A stretch of 64,000 bases of DNA from a virus. Lineage: Duplodnaviria; Caudoviricetes. The notes beneath the pieces are model-generated. The model had not been told where the DNA came from. It made no database searches and saw only the letters and a program-made list of their open reading frames with translations. The translations under genes were made by a program, and so were the position numbers. Below, in pieces: positions 30,440 to 40,808 of the stretch; within the stretch, counting starts at the first letter, position 1; each line of letters begins with the position of its first letter. The stretch is taken from IMG/VR virus record IMGVR_UViG_3300025652_000059, positions 1,497 through 65,496 of that record; one strand, written 5' to 3'.

Positions 30440-32194
30440 TTAAGTTATTCTTCTGTAAATATATACTACTTCATAAGGAGGCATATTTTCGTGTCCCTTA
30501 TCTACATCAGCATCGACTATACCAGCCGAACCTGGATAACCCTTTACAACACCGGTGCTACTACAGACTTGACCATCATCACTGGAAGCTGGCCCTTGTT
30601 GTCGATGCTCATCAATCATCTCAGTACCATACTGCGTATTAATGTGAATACCAAAGGCGTCAAAGCCGGCTTTTGGTGCAGGTATACTGTTATTATCATT
30701 AAACCCATAGTACTGAATACCAGATTCCCACGATTCCATAGTATGAACATGATCGGGAATATGTTTAGGATCTAGTTTAACATGGCTCATACCACCCTTA
30801 CTAACAGTACCTCTGAAACGATTATTTCTAATTGTAAATCCATTACTAGCAGTAAGATTCGACCCACCTACTTGAATTTCTATCAGATTAGTTACTGTGG
30901 GCCAAACAGAAGTGTATGCAGAATTTGAGTTAACCATAGCACTAACATCTACTCTAATATAGGGTACGCCTGTGAATACGGCTGACATTCCAGACTCAAG
31001 AACTTCAAATCCTGCTCCACTATTACTTCCAAGTGCTTTATTCCACGGTAAGGGGTTATTTGAATCTAGAGTAATATCATCCACATTCAAATCAACTCTA
31101 TCGCCTGGCCCGAGTCCGACTTCGTTTTCCGAATCAAACTCATCAAAATAAAAAACACAAGTATATTCAGCGCCATATGTCTCTAGATAAGCATTTCTGA
31201 CTGAATAGTGACCAGCAGATGCAGTAAGTGACCCTCCATCCTTGCCGACTAGTGTTCTACCCTCTGCATATCTTTCCCATGTACCAAATCCTAAACCACC
31301 AGTCGCAAAGATGGGCGATCTAGCAGTACCGGGATCTACATTAGCTGTTGATGTGAATAATGAACCTATAGGATATACTGCTTTTAAAACTTCAACTAGC
31401 GCCTCGTCCGTCAATCCGCCTGCTGTTCCGCTTGCATTACCAGTCACATTACCAGTCACATCACCAGTTACACCACCATTTGCAGTAATAAGACCCGATG
31501 CAGATACAGTCGAGAATGCGGCAGTCGATGGTGTCGCACCACCTATCGCAGTTCCATCAATAGCACCACCATTAATATCAACTTCGGACAGAGTTGTTTT
31601 ATTCGCCCCAGTTCCAAGACAGGTTATTGTAGTAGCAGTGATTGAGCCTGCACCGATATTTGCCTCTGCAAAAACTGATCTAGATGCACCTGTTCCTGTT
31701 GATGTAAAATTAACAGCAGTTATTTCGTCTGGTAAAATATCATTGTTAATTGTAATAGCTTCACCATCAATCTCTTTACCACCAGAACCGTCTGCTTGGA
31801 ATCTAATGTAAGAAGCACCGTCACCAATCTCTAGATAACTATGATCAGACTGTGTTGAGATATCCCATGTAGGTGTTCCACCATTACTGAATTGAACTGA
31901 AGATGCCGACCCTGAACCAGAGTCAAGAGTTAAAACGCCTTGAACTGTAGCGGCATTAGTTATTTTAAAGTCGCCAGTAGAACACTTAGATATATTGTTT
32001 ACGGTTATTGTATCCGTAGCTGGGTTACTCACACCCAATGATAAATTGCCATTCAGGACTATGTTACCATTGTTGTCCTCTCCACTATCACCAAGACTGA
32101 CCGTCTTTCTAGCGAAAGCCAAAAGCTCATTAGTTCGTGTTTTCCAAGTACCAAATGTGGAGGTGTTTGCTAAGTCAGTTTTGTTGATTGTCAT
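30440..32194 (-). CDS. tail fibre protein with gp10-C-terminal/collar-like domain
   Basis: N-terminal STFGTWKTRTNEL, INGGAIDGTAIGG repeat, and YPIGSLF...FGTWERYAEGRTLVG...HENMPPYEVVYIYRR. Confidence 0.75.
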   Translation of the reverse strand: MTINKTDLANTSTFGTWKTRTNELLAFARKTVSLGDSGEDNNGNIVLNGNLSLGVSNPATDTITVNNISKCSTGDFKITNAATVQGVLTLDSGSGSASSVQFSNGGTPTWDISTQSDHSYLEIGDGASYIRFQADGSGGKEIDGEAITINNDILPDEITAVNFTSTGTGASRSVFAEANIGAGSITATTITCLGTGANKTTLSEVDINGGAIDGTAIGGATPSTAAFSTVSASGLITANGGVTGDVTGNVTGNASGTAGGLTDEALVEVLKAVYPIGSLFTSTANVDPGTARSPIFATGGLGFGTWERYAEGRTLVGKDGGSLTASAGHYSVRNAYLETYGAEYTCVFYFDEFDSENEVGLGPGDRVDLNVDDITLDSNNPLPWNKALGSNSGAGFEVLESGMSAVFTGVPYIRVDVSAMVNSNSAYTSVWPTVTNLIEIQVGGSNLTASNGFTIRNNRFRGTVSKGGMSHVKLDPKHIPDHVHTMESWESGIQYYGFNDNNSIPAPKAGFDAFGIHINTQYGTEMIDEHRQQGPASSDDGQVCSSTGVVKGYPGSAGIVDADVDKGHENMPPYEVVYIYRRIT

Positions 32195-32379
32195 TTTGTC
32201 ATCTCTTTAACTGTGTTTTCGAGTAAGGATAGTGCAGACTCAAGTTTTATAATTCTCTGCTCTAAACCTTTTATATATTTATCTTGCTTTCTTTTAAGTA
32301 CCGCATCATTATAGGCAGAAATATCAGAGTTGACTACTCCTGCTCCAGTTTTAGACCTTATATAAGATGATGCTGACAT
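32191..32379 (-). CDS. small coiled-coil protein conserved downstream of VrlC-like genes
   Basis: 62 aa, TGAGVVNSD..Y...LEQRIIKLE; coupled to both neighbours. Confidence 0.7.
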   Translation of the reverse strand: MSASSYIRSKTGAGVVNSDISAYNDAVLKRKQDKYIKGLEQRIIKLESALSLLENTVKEMTK

Positions 32380-35300
32380 TATGTTAACGCTATCGCTCTG
32401 TAGTCATATAGATGAGGGAATAGGTTAATGTCTGGATCTATATTTTTCAGATCTGGACTAGCACTCAACTCACTAGTGGTTGCATGACGCATAACAAACT
32501 TTATCTGGAATGCGCTATACTCGTTAACTTCACTTGGAAGAGAGTACTCAAAATCTCTATAGTCTCTAGTATTTGCCAAGTTGGAATATACTTCAGGCGT
32601 ATCATTCGTTAGCTGAATCCAATCGCTCATATTACTAACATCTTCTGGATATGTAAATCTAGCATAGGTTTCAATTACAGTTCCTGCGGGTCTGTACGCA
32701 GAAAGCAGAACTCTCAGCCCTACAGCGTCTAACCCATCTCTTAGTATAACTTGCTTAGATATGAATTTAGACGTAAGTGCGGCCGACTCATCAATGATGT
32801 ATTTATATGCAACAAGTTCAGATAGTGCCTGATCTAGTAGTGGAGTATCTGTCTTCTTACCGTTATTATTCATGTTAACACGAATTTTCATATCAGTAGA
32901 TTCGTTGTTATCAGCAACAATACGACTCTTACTTGCTATAGTCAAAGGAGTATCTAATGTATAAACATTCTCATTATTACCTATAGACTTAACTTTAGTA
33001 TTATTTCTGAATAGATCCAGATCACTACTTGTATTGATAGAGTTATGAGAAAATACTTGTGGCTGAATAAACGATATTTTCTGATTATTAACAGAAGTCA
33101 CGAATGCAGTTGCGCCACTTTCAGTTCCTCTCAATACTTGCATATTAGGTCTGGCTGATCCAGATCCAGATTCTGTTCCGACCACTAATGCTTTGAATAC
33201 TTGACCAACATAAGGTTCCCCTGAAGCACCAACAGTATTCCAGTTGGTTGTTCCCATATTACCAGTATTCGTAATCGTGTATGTATGGCCTGGAACAAAG
33301 CTTCCATTTTCCACTGTTGCGCTGTCATCAATGTAGTTACTTGATCTTGCACTACTACCCTTTAGTTGTATACTATTAGGGTGTTTGTTATTGAAATGAG
33401 ACACTTCTCCAACCACACATACATTTGCTGTTACTGCCGCTACTTCTTGGAATATCGATCTATCTAGAGTTATTACTGTGTTAGATAGATTCGTAGTGCT
33501 TGATATAACCTCTGCTACAAAGTTAACAGTGCTAGTAGCATTAGACTCGATATAGATAAAGTCTCCACTAGTAAACGGAAGTGATGTGTCTGCTATAGTT
33601 AAAGTTTCAAAAGAGTCGCCACTAATGCTTCCTTGAAATTGAAGATTATCTTTTTTAACATAAGCAAGTTCACTCACATTAAAGTTGCCGGCACCTTCAC
33701 GAAGTGTAAGGTTTTCTATATCATTTGGTACTAGATCAATAGTTCCAACAGAGGCATTATAATCAAATCTATTGATAACAAACTTAACGTCTTCGTCTTG
33801 ATAAGACTTCCACGCACTATCGTTAGTAGATGTGAACAAAACTCCATCACCCCAATCGTTAGTAACAGCAACCCTATAAGGACTTGTTCCTCTAGACAGA
33901 CTTGTGTCTCCAACCTTACAGGTGTAGATTAAGTAGTCTGGAGAATTGCCATCTGGAAGAACTACAATAGCATATTCAGTATTAGCATTCAGCTTAATAG
34001 GATTAGTGAACTGAAATTTAGTTACTGCTGTGCCGTCATCCGATACTGCTATATCTGCGGAGTCTAGATGTCTTGATGCGAAAGGTAGAACTTTCTTAGT
34101 TGGGTATCCGTTTTCAACTTCTCGTATTTGTACGGTTGCACCAACAGTAGCACTCTTCTTCTTGAAAAAGAGGTCGATATCACTAACATGAATTACATTA
34201 GCTTCCGATGTGCTTGTAGATTTAATTCTAAATGTTTGAGCAAGTGGATCTCCGACTTGTCTCTGAACTTCTCTTTTAGTAATGTTAACATTAGTATCAA
34301 AGTCCACTGTCCTAGTCGTTACGTTCATCTCAGACTTATTAACCGCAAAGTTATATCCTCTATATGTAGCCTTACCATATGAGGTAGATGCGGAATCGAT
34401 AGAACTATATGTGTCAACATCAACAATCTCTAAGTTGTTTTCGCCAACAAAGAATGTTCTTTCTGGTATGTAGAAGACTGCAAAAAGAATGCCTTGTGAG
34501 TTAGACTTAACTTTTTGACCAACACCACTCTTTCGATTGAAAGGAGCAACCGTGTCACCAATGTCATAAACACGCTTAACATTAATTTGTCTTCCTCTGC
34601 CCAAAAATCTATTAGTCTCTTCAGATCTAAATGTGCCTACTCTACCAGGTGCTACATATTGATCAACACTCTTTCCGTCAAAGAAGAAATGATGCTCAGT
34701 ATTAGGTCTTAATCCTGTTACGGCAACCTTAACTCGCTGTCGTCTCAAATACGGCTTCATATTGATATCTGTTATAAAGTTACCAACCTGCTGTGTAGCA
34801 CTAGATATTGAACTAGTGAGGCTGGTATTTGCCACAGTCTGCTCAAACTCACCCATAATAACTCTTCGTCTGGGTCTATTAGTTCCAGTTCTTACTTCAG
34901 ATATGACATCTTCTCTAGTAAGAGGCATAATCTCTTGTAGATTATCAACCAAATCCAACATAGGACCAGCAATATCAATTTCAAGATTTATTGCCGGATT
35001 ATTGATTACATCATATCCAGAGGAGAATGGAGGATCTATAGCTACCTGGCCTCTAAAGTCATAGAAATTAGATACACAGTTTCTAAATGCAGTTGCATAT
35101 GGCTGATCAATAACAGGAAGATTACTACCCGAATCAGTCAGTGTTACCACATCATCAAATGTTATTCTTGTATTGCTTGCTGAAGCAGGATCAATTTTTA
35201 GATCAACTGGAAACTGTTCTACAGCAGGCGCAATTATTTTTCTACTCTTATCGATACTTGATAAGAACTCTGCATCAATAATATCAGCATTTAGTAACGT

Positions 35301-37919
35301 GTTGAATGAGTCTGCCAGTATTCCATTTTTAAATCTATTTGTAACAACACCGTTAACTACACTAGTTATGCTCATATCAATAGTCTCTTGTTCAAGAAGA
35401 CTCAAAGATACTATTTCGGTTAATTCGTCCAATCTCTTATCGATAAATCCAATCTCTTCCATTGTATAGTTTTTAGAAGAAACATTATCAACATATATTC
35501 TATTTTCGCCAGAAACTTTTGTGGTATTACCTGGCGATGTTATTTGACCAACTGTGTACAGTCTACCAACTTTAGGCGCAGATGGATTTTCAGACTCTCC
35601 ACCCTTAATAATACTAATATTTGAATACTCGTCTAACACCACTCTATCGATTCTAGACATATAGTATGTCTGATCTCCAGATATAGCAGTATTACTCATA
35701 ACAGCTACGCCACGACTAAATGTATAATCCACAAATGTAGGAACTGCACTTGAGCCACCTGCATCTAGTGCCGGTGTGATAGTTGCATCTGCATATGGTC
35801 TGAAGTCATATGAGTTTAGCGGATTAAAGACTGTTCCATCTTTAGTGGTGTATGTGGTAACTAGAGACTTACTAGATACTGTATCGTAACTATTAGCAGT
35901 CAAGAATCCACTGTTTACTAAAGTAGTTCTATCGAGATATCGAAACTTAATTAGTAGTTCGTTATTAGAAAGGGTTTCTCCAGATCTCAAAGAGATAAAA
36001 GAATGTCCATAGAAATCATCTTTTTGATTTTTATTCAATCTAAATTTATATGTTACGTCTGTACCCACTGTTCCCGAAGTAGAGTTAGTATTACCAAAGA
36101 AATCTGTAACGCTAATGAGTTCAATAACATTGGGTATGCCGAGACTGGCCATTGCATTACCACTGTTACCAAATGCATTAACAGTGCTGTGGGTTGCCTT
36201 CACATAACCGACTTTCTCCGTCAGAGTATCTGCTGACAGGTTAGAGTCTACACGAGTGTAATATAGAACATCAGGATCATTCGCTGAGTTATCGAAATCC
36301 ACATTCACATTACTAGCATCAGGGGTTGCAGTAGTTACTGGAACAACAACATTATTTGCGCTCATCCCCATCACATCAGTTGATAGTGGGGCAGTATCAC
36401 CAGTACCAGATATAGTCAATTCGCCACCAGCGTTTACACTAACATTAGTCTCACGAATTCTTCTAACTACATTGATATTGGATATGCTTTGCATATCGGG
36501 TCGACCTGCGTCAAATATCATAGATGCAGATTCAGGTTCATATAGTCTGCTTGCTGGCTCAGAAGAACCTGCAGGTGCGCTCAATACAGTATTACCTATT
36601 CTTAGTACAGGAGTGTTTTCAGAACCCGCATCTTTCTTAATACCAAAGACAAATATCTTACCTGGCAAAAGATTAGAGACTGAACATTTTCCTATTGCAG
36701 TCGTGCCACCTGTATCTGAATATAACGTGTACCGAGTACCGTCTACCTGAAAGTGATCAACAGTTGTCGTTGTACTAGCATTGTATGTGAAATATTGTCC
36801 GTAGTTAATACCAGTGTGCTGACTAGTTCTACTTTGAGTTAAAGTAACTGGATCTATTGCAAGTCTAGTTGGAGATACGTTTGTAACCTCTTTACCATAC
36901 ACATAAGCTTTACCGGGGCTGACTACAGCGTAGGCAGTATTATTTTCTTCCTCTAGAGAAACCTCTAACCCGTTAACCACATAGTTACCAGACTCTTCGA
37001 ATGTTCTTCTTGCGATCTCTTCACCGATTACGTTGAACTCAGTGTTATCCCTAATACGAACTGGATTACCATCGACATATCTGATGAGTGCGAAAAATTC
37101 TGTGGGCTCAGATGCGCTGTCATAAGATACTAGAGTTGGTACAAGCTGAAGTCTATCAGCGCCAGGTGCATTTACGTTATTGAATCCTGCCGCATTATCT
37201 TGAAGAGATGCGTCTGCATCGGAGTCGATAAGATTCTCATTTACAGAAAATCCTACTGATTTATTACCGGGCGTATTCGTATACTTCTCAACAATGATGA
37301 ACTGATTATCCACAAAAATGAAGTGCCCTTTCTGATAGATAACACCTTCTTCACATGATACTCCAAAAGAATTTCCTGTCTGATTAGCGACACTGGCAAC
37401 AGTAATACTAACCTGAAGACTATCGTCAGATTCTTTTCTAATTTCTAATACTTCACCTGCGATAAATTGCTTAACATCACCATCATTATCTTGACTTGTG
37501 TTTAGATACTTGATATAAAGAGTTTTTAGATCGGGATCTTGAGTTTGGAATCCATTATCGCCCTTTATGATCTCTGCTCTAAGTTGGGAAGTTTGACCGA
37601 CTAATACATAGGTAGTTTTTGTTCCATCATCAGAGACAATCTGATTATATAAAGATGGATTGGTAAAATCTACTTGATCATTTATTTTGACATAAAACAA
37701 GTCATCACGAGCAGTCAAGTTAATACCGCTAATGATAGTTCCTTCTTTATATACATTAGATCCGAATCGTTCCACCTGTTTCTGTAGAATAGTTTGAAGC
37801 TGAGTTAACTCTCGTGCTTGGACAGCCTTACCTGGCTTGAACAAAACACGATTGAATTGTTTAGCTTCATTAAAGTCATCGTAATACGGATCTACGTTTA
37901 AATCTGTGTTAATACCCAT
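32379..37919 (-). CDS. VrlC-like / DUF4815 large structural protein
   Basis: LNVDPYYDDF, RVLFKPGKAVQARELTQLQTILQ, APGADRL, ARRTFEESGNY, NRFKNG and DPLAQTF motifs. Confidence 0.9.
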   Translation of the reverse strand: MGINTDLNVDPYYDDFNEAKQFNRVLFKPGKAVQARELTQLQTILQKQVERFGSNVYKEGTIISGINLTARDDLFYVKINDQVDFTNPSLYNQIVSDDGTKTTYVLVGQTSQLRAEIIKGDNGFQTQDPDLKTLYIKYLNTSQDNDGDVKQFIAGEVLEIRKESDDSLQVSITVASVANQTGNSFGVSCEEGVIYQKGHFIFVDNQFIIVEKYTNTPGNKSVGFSVNENLIDSDADASLQDNAAGFNNVNAPGADRLQLVPTLVSYDSASEPTEFFALIRYVDGNPVRIRDNTEFNVIGEEIARRTFEESGNYVVNGLEVSLEEENNTAYAVVSPGKAYVYGKEVTNVSPTRLAIDPVTLTQSRTSQHTGINYGQYFTYNASTTTTVDHFQVDGTRYTLYSDTGGTTAIGKCSVSNLLPGKIFVFGIKKDAGSENTPVLRIGNTVLSAPAGSSEPASRLYEPESASMIFDAGRPDMQSISNINVVRRIRETNVSVNAGGELTISGTGDTAPLSTDVMGMSANNVVVPVTTATPDASNVNVDFDNSANDPDVLYYTRVDSNLSADTLTEKVGYVKATHSTVNAFGNSGNAMASLGIPNVIELISVTDFFGNTNSTSGTVGTDVTYKFRLNKNQKDDFYGHSFISLRSGETLSNNELLIKFRYLDRTTLVNSGFLTANSYDTVSSKSLVTTYTTKDGTVFNPLNSYDFRPYADATITPALDAGGSSAVPTFVDYTFSRGVAVMSNTAISGDQTYYMSRIDRVVLDEYSNISIIKGGESENPSAPKVGRLYTVGQITSPGNTTKVSGENRIYVDNVSSKNYTMEEIGFIDKRLDELTEIVSLSLLEQETIDMSITSVVNGVVTNRFKNGILADSFNTLLNADIIDAEFLSSIDKSRKIIAPAVEQFPVDLKIDPASASNTRITFDDVVTLTDSGSNLPVIDQPYATAFRNCVSNFYDFRGQVAIDPPFSSGYDVINNPAINLEIDIAGPMLDLVDNLQEIMPLTREDVISEVRTGTNRPRRRVIMGEFEQTVANTSLTSSISSATQQVGNFITDINMKPYLRRQRVKVAVTGLRPNTEHHFFFDGKSVDQYVAPGRVGTFRSEETNRFLGRGRQINVKRVYDIGDTVAPFNRKSGVGQKVKSNSQGILFAVFYIPERTFFVGENNLEIVDVDTYSSIDSASTSYGKATYRGYNFAVNKSEMNVTTRTVDFDTNVNITKREVQRQVGDPLAQTFRIKSTSTSEANVIHVSDIDLFFKKKSATVGATVQIREVENGYPTKKVLPFASRHLDSADIAVSDDGTAVTKFQFTNPIKLNANTEYAIVVLPDGNSPDYLIYTCKVGDTSLSRGTSPYRVAVTNDWGDGVLFTSTNDSAWKSYQDEDVKFVINRFDYNASVGTIDLVPNDIENLTLREGAGNFNVSELAYVKKDNLQFQGSISGDSFETLTIADTSLPFTSGDFIYIESNATSTVNFVAEVISSTTNLSNTVITLDRSIFQEVAAVTANVCVVGEVSHFNNKHPNSIQLKGSSARSSNYIDDSATVENGSFVPGHTYTITNTGNMGTTNWNTVGASGEPYVGQVFKALVVGTESGSGSARPNMQVLRGTESGATAFVTSVNNQKISFIQPQVFSHNSINTSSDLDLFRNNTKVKSIGNNENVYTLDTPLTIASKSRIVADNNESTDMKIRVNMNNNGKKTDTPLLDQALSELVAYKYIIDESAALTSKFISKQVILRDGLDAVGLRVLLSAYRPAGTVIETYARFTYPEDVSNMSDWIQLTNDTPEVYSNLANTRDYRDFEYSLPSEVNEYSAFQIKFVMRHATTSELSASPDLKNIDPDINLFPHLYDYRAIALT

Positions 37920-37937
37920 GGGCTATATTCTCTTTCC

Positions 37938-39953
37938 TTAAAAGTCAAATGTGAACTTTACTTTTTCTCTTGTGGTTGACGATCTGGTTATCGGCGCAAA
38001 ATCGATAAAGTGTAGTAAGTCTCCTGTGTACGGAGTATAAGCACCATAAACAATATCACTAAAGTTATTTATGCTTATCGCAGTGGCGTTTTCTGCGGTT
38101 GCAGTAATTTTTATACGGATGTTACCCTTCTGAAGTCTACTTCTAAAATCTCCGTAATAGTCCACCAAATATATTTTAGTGACACCGGACTCAAACGAAC
38201 TCTCGTGTATTTTAGCAGTTACAATCTCTTGCTTTTTATCACGAGAAAGAGTATCTACTGCCACTGTAGCTACGCCAGTTTTAGTCGCAGATAGTGAAGA
38301 CACGCCCGAGGATGCCACAAACGATGTTCCTGCAATTGCAGTAGCATCAGTAAGTTCTGTAGTCGATATTGCGTTCCAATCAGAAGTAGTCATATTACCC
38401 AAGTCAGATATCACATACGATTCACCTATAGTCAGATCTGTAGCATTAACGAACTCTATATATTGCTCAATATAGTAATCAGGTATTGCGACTGCGGTGT
38501 AATCACCGGCCTTGCTGATCACGACTCTATTGTCAAAACTTTCGGGGATTGCCCCATTAGTAAACTGCGGATTTTTAACTAATCCCATTTGCGTATATGT
38601 GTTGCTATCTGGGACATCATCAGAATCTCCAGAAAAGTTTGTAACAATAGAGAGTCTACTCATCCCTAACTCATTTATTGGATTAGACCCATGTCCACCT
38701 TTAGTTGAAACTACAGCACGAAGACTGGTAGTTCCTGTAGAACTTAAACTCTTTGGGGTTATTAGTTTCGCTGATGCGAACTTATAGCTACTCCCTCTAG
38801 TCTCAAACGCAACACGCTTCAGTGTACCAAACTGATCGATAACTCCATATGCTTTTGCTCTAACACCGTTATAGTCTGGAGAACTAATTTCAATCTTGGG
38901 GACTAGTTGACCAGAGCCTGAAATTGCATCAGTAGTTTCTAGCAATAATGTTATTGTACTCTCAGTCGTATTTGTGGTTGATCCAATCACATCATATAAC
39001 TTTCCAGATGTTGACCCGTCAGCAGATCTGAAGTACATATACTTGTATGAGTCTGAATCATTATATAGTGATCTACCAGTCAAGTCCTTTGGCTTTACCT
39101 TTAGATTTGTGACTCCCGATCCTGCTGAAGTCTGAGATATAGATTCAACGTCAGACGAGTTAGCCACGCTAGTTGCAGTACCAAACAAGTATTGATTGAA
39201 TAAGTTGACCGGAGTATCTTCGATAATTACTTGCGATATAGTTTCCTTTGCGTTACTAATTACTTGTGCATCTCCATACACACCATCAGATACTATTGGT
39301 AGAGGTAGACTATCAGTCGTCTTGTATATGTTAGCATCAGAAGAGGGCACTGTGAACATATAGTGCCAGATGTACTTGTCTCCAGTTTCAACTGACTGAT
39401 AATTAGCAGTAAACTGAGATAGAGTTGTCTGAGGGTTAATTGTAGACGGCCCACCATTGTTATTTTCAATACACTTGAATACTAGATAGTCGGAATCGGA
39501 ATTAAGAACAGTGACGATTTGGTTGCTACCTTCAAATGGTTCAGTATCGTCATATGCATCATAGACAGTACCTGTTTGCCAGTTGTTTTCGTAGAACATA
39601 TATCTTGCTGTGGAGTCTCCCACTTTCGAACCAAATATAACCTTTCGTTGGAAATCCCTTTTATTATTCTGCGTATTCTTTATACTACCAGACTCATCCT
39701 GTCCAGAAGGCAATGCCTTCGATGCCATAATATAATAACTAGATTCTGGTCTTAGTCTGTCAAGTTGATCATCAACCAAAGCACGAATTGCAATATTATC
39801 CTCCGCAGTCAACGATATTGATGACGACTGAGTATCATAGACTGCTAACTCGGACATGAAGTTATCACCCAGAGTTTTATTTTGATTTTTAAATGACTTA
39901 AACAACTCGTTAGTTGTCTCGACTTTAAAATTTTCTGTAATTATCTTTGCCAT
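37938..39953 (-). CDS. gp8: baseplate wedge subunit gp8
   Basis: NWQTGTVYDAYDD, VFKCIENN, DKYIWHYMFTV and GGHGSNPINELG. Confidence 0.88.
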   Translation of the reverse strand: MAKIITENFKVETTNELFKSFKNQNKTLGDNFMSELAVYDTQSSSISLTAEDNIAIRALVDDQLDRLRPESSYYIMASKALPSGQDESGSIKNTQNNKRDFQRKVIFGSKVGDSTARYMFYENNWQTGTVYDAYDDTEPFEGSNQIVTVLNSDSDYLVFKCIENNNGGPSTINPQTTLSQFTANYQSVETGDKYIWHYMFTVPSSDANIYKTTDSLPLPIVSDGVYGDAQVISNAKETISQVIIEDTPVNLFNQYLFGTATSVANSSDVESISQTSAGSGVTNLKVKPKDLTGRSLYNDSDSYKYMYFRSADGSTSGKLYDVIGSTTNTTESTITLLLETTDAISGSGQLVPKIEISSPDYNGVRAKAYGVIDQFGTLKRVAFETRGSSYKFASAKLITPKSLSSTGTTSLRAVVSTKGGHGSNPINELGMSRLSIVTNFSGDSDDVPDSNTYTQMGLVKNPQFTNGAIPESFDNRVVISKAGDYTAVAIPDYYIEQYIEFVNATDLTIGESYVISDLGNMTTSDWNAISTTELTDATAIAGTSFVASSGVSSLSATKTGVATVAVDTLSRDKKQEIVTAKIHESSFESGVTKIYLVDYYGDFRSRLQKGNIRIKITATAENATAISINNFSDIVYGAYTPYTGDLLHFIDFAPITRSSTTREKVKFTFDF

Positions 39954-39971
39954 TATTGGGTTCCGTATTCG

Positions 39972-40808
39972 TTATGACGATCTTTGTTCTTTTGTGCTTC
40001 TACCTACTATATATGGATATGCAGGAGAAGTAAATGTTCCGTCCGAGAATGTCAAGAAGTATGCGTATGTTCCGTTTGTGTAATCTGGGGTAACACAATA
40101 TCTTCCATTATATTCATCTAAATTTCCTGAAGATGTATACTCATAATCTTCACAGAACTTACCTTGAGGGATTATATCATATCCGTTAAGTCTAGATGCT
40201 AGTGGTGTTGGTCTAACAGTATAACTAGACTCCATCCTGATCACAGCAGATGCATTATCTGTCGGTGAAGCGTATCCCATTGGGCCGTATATTGGGTATC
40301 CATCAAATGCATATCCTAAGATTCTAGAGTGTCCATCTGGATGCTCAGTACCATTAGTATAATATGTACTAGATCCTGTGAATGATGAATTACTTTGAAG
40401 TCCATTTGTATAGAACCCACCACTTCTGTATCTATACTCTCCACCAGTCTCTGGCTTTCCACCACAGAGATCTTGATAAAATTCTGTTTGATTCTCTATG
40501 ATATTCCAGTGATATCCAGGTGGTGCCGCCTGTCCAGAAACTGGTAAAACCGAATTCGGTGCCATTGGTGAGTATATAACAACACCCGTTGTCGTTATAC
40601 CTATCGGCAAATCCTTATCGACAATCTGAGGATTGGAAGTATTACTTCCGCCTCTATATTTAATAGTGAAGTCGTTACTCTGATCTGCAATATTCGATGA
40701 GTCTTGGAATGTTCTAGCACTACCATCATTCTTTGGAACATTTGTTCCGTTATGCCCAGCCTTCGCAGGAAACGGATCGCCGTCTGATTGTATTCTTAAT
40801 GTAGCCAT
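39972..40808 (-). CDS. YHYH-family protein (variant YRYR)
   Basis: HSRILGYAFDGYPIYGP and GNLDEYNGR..TPDY..GTYAYF; the signature motif reads GEYRYR. Confidence 0.8.
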   Translation of the reverse strand: MATLRIQSDGDPFPAKAGHNGTNVPKNDGSARTFQDSSNIADQSNDFTIKYRGGSNTSNPQIVDKDLPIGITTTGVVIYSPMAPNSVLPVSGQAAPPGYHWNIIENQTEFYQDLCGGKPETGGEYRYRSGGFYTNGLQSNSSFTGSSTYYTNGTEHPDGHSRILGYAFDGYPIYGPMGYASPTDNASAVIRMESSYTVRPTPLASRLNGYDIIPQGKFCEDYEYTSSGNLDEYNGRYCVTPDYTNGTYAYFLTFSDGTFTSPAYPYIVGRSTKEQRSS

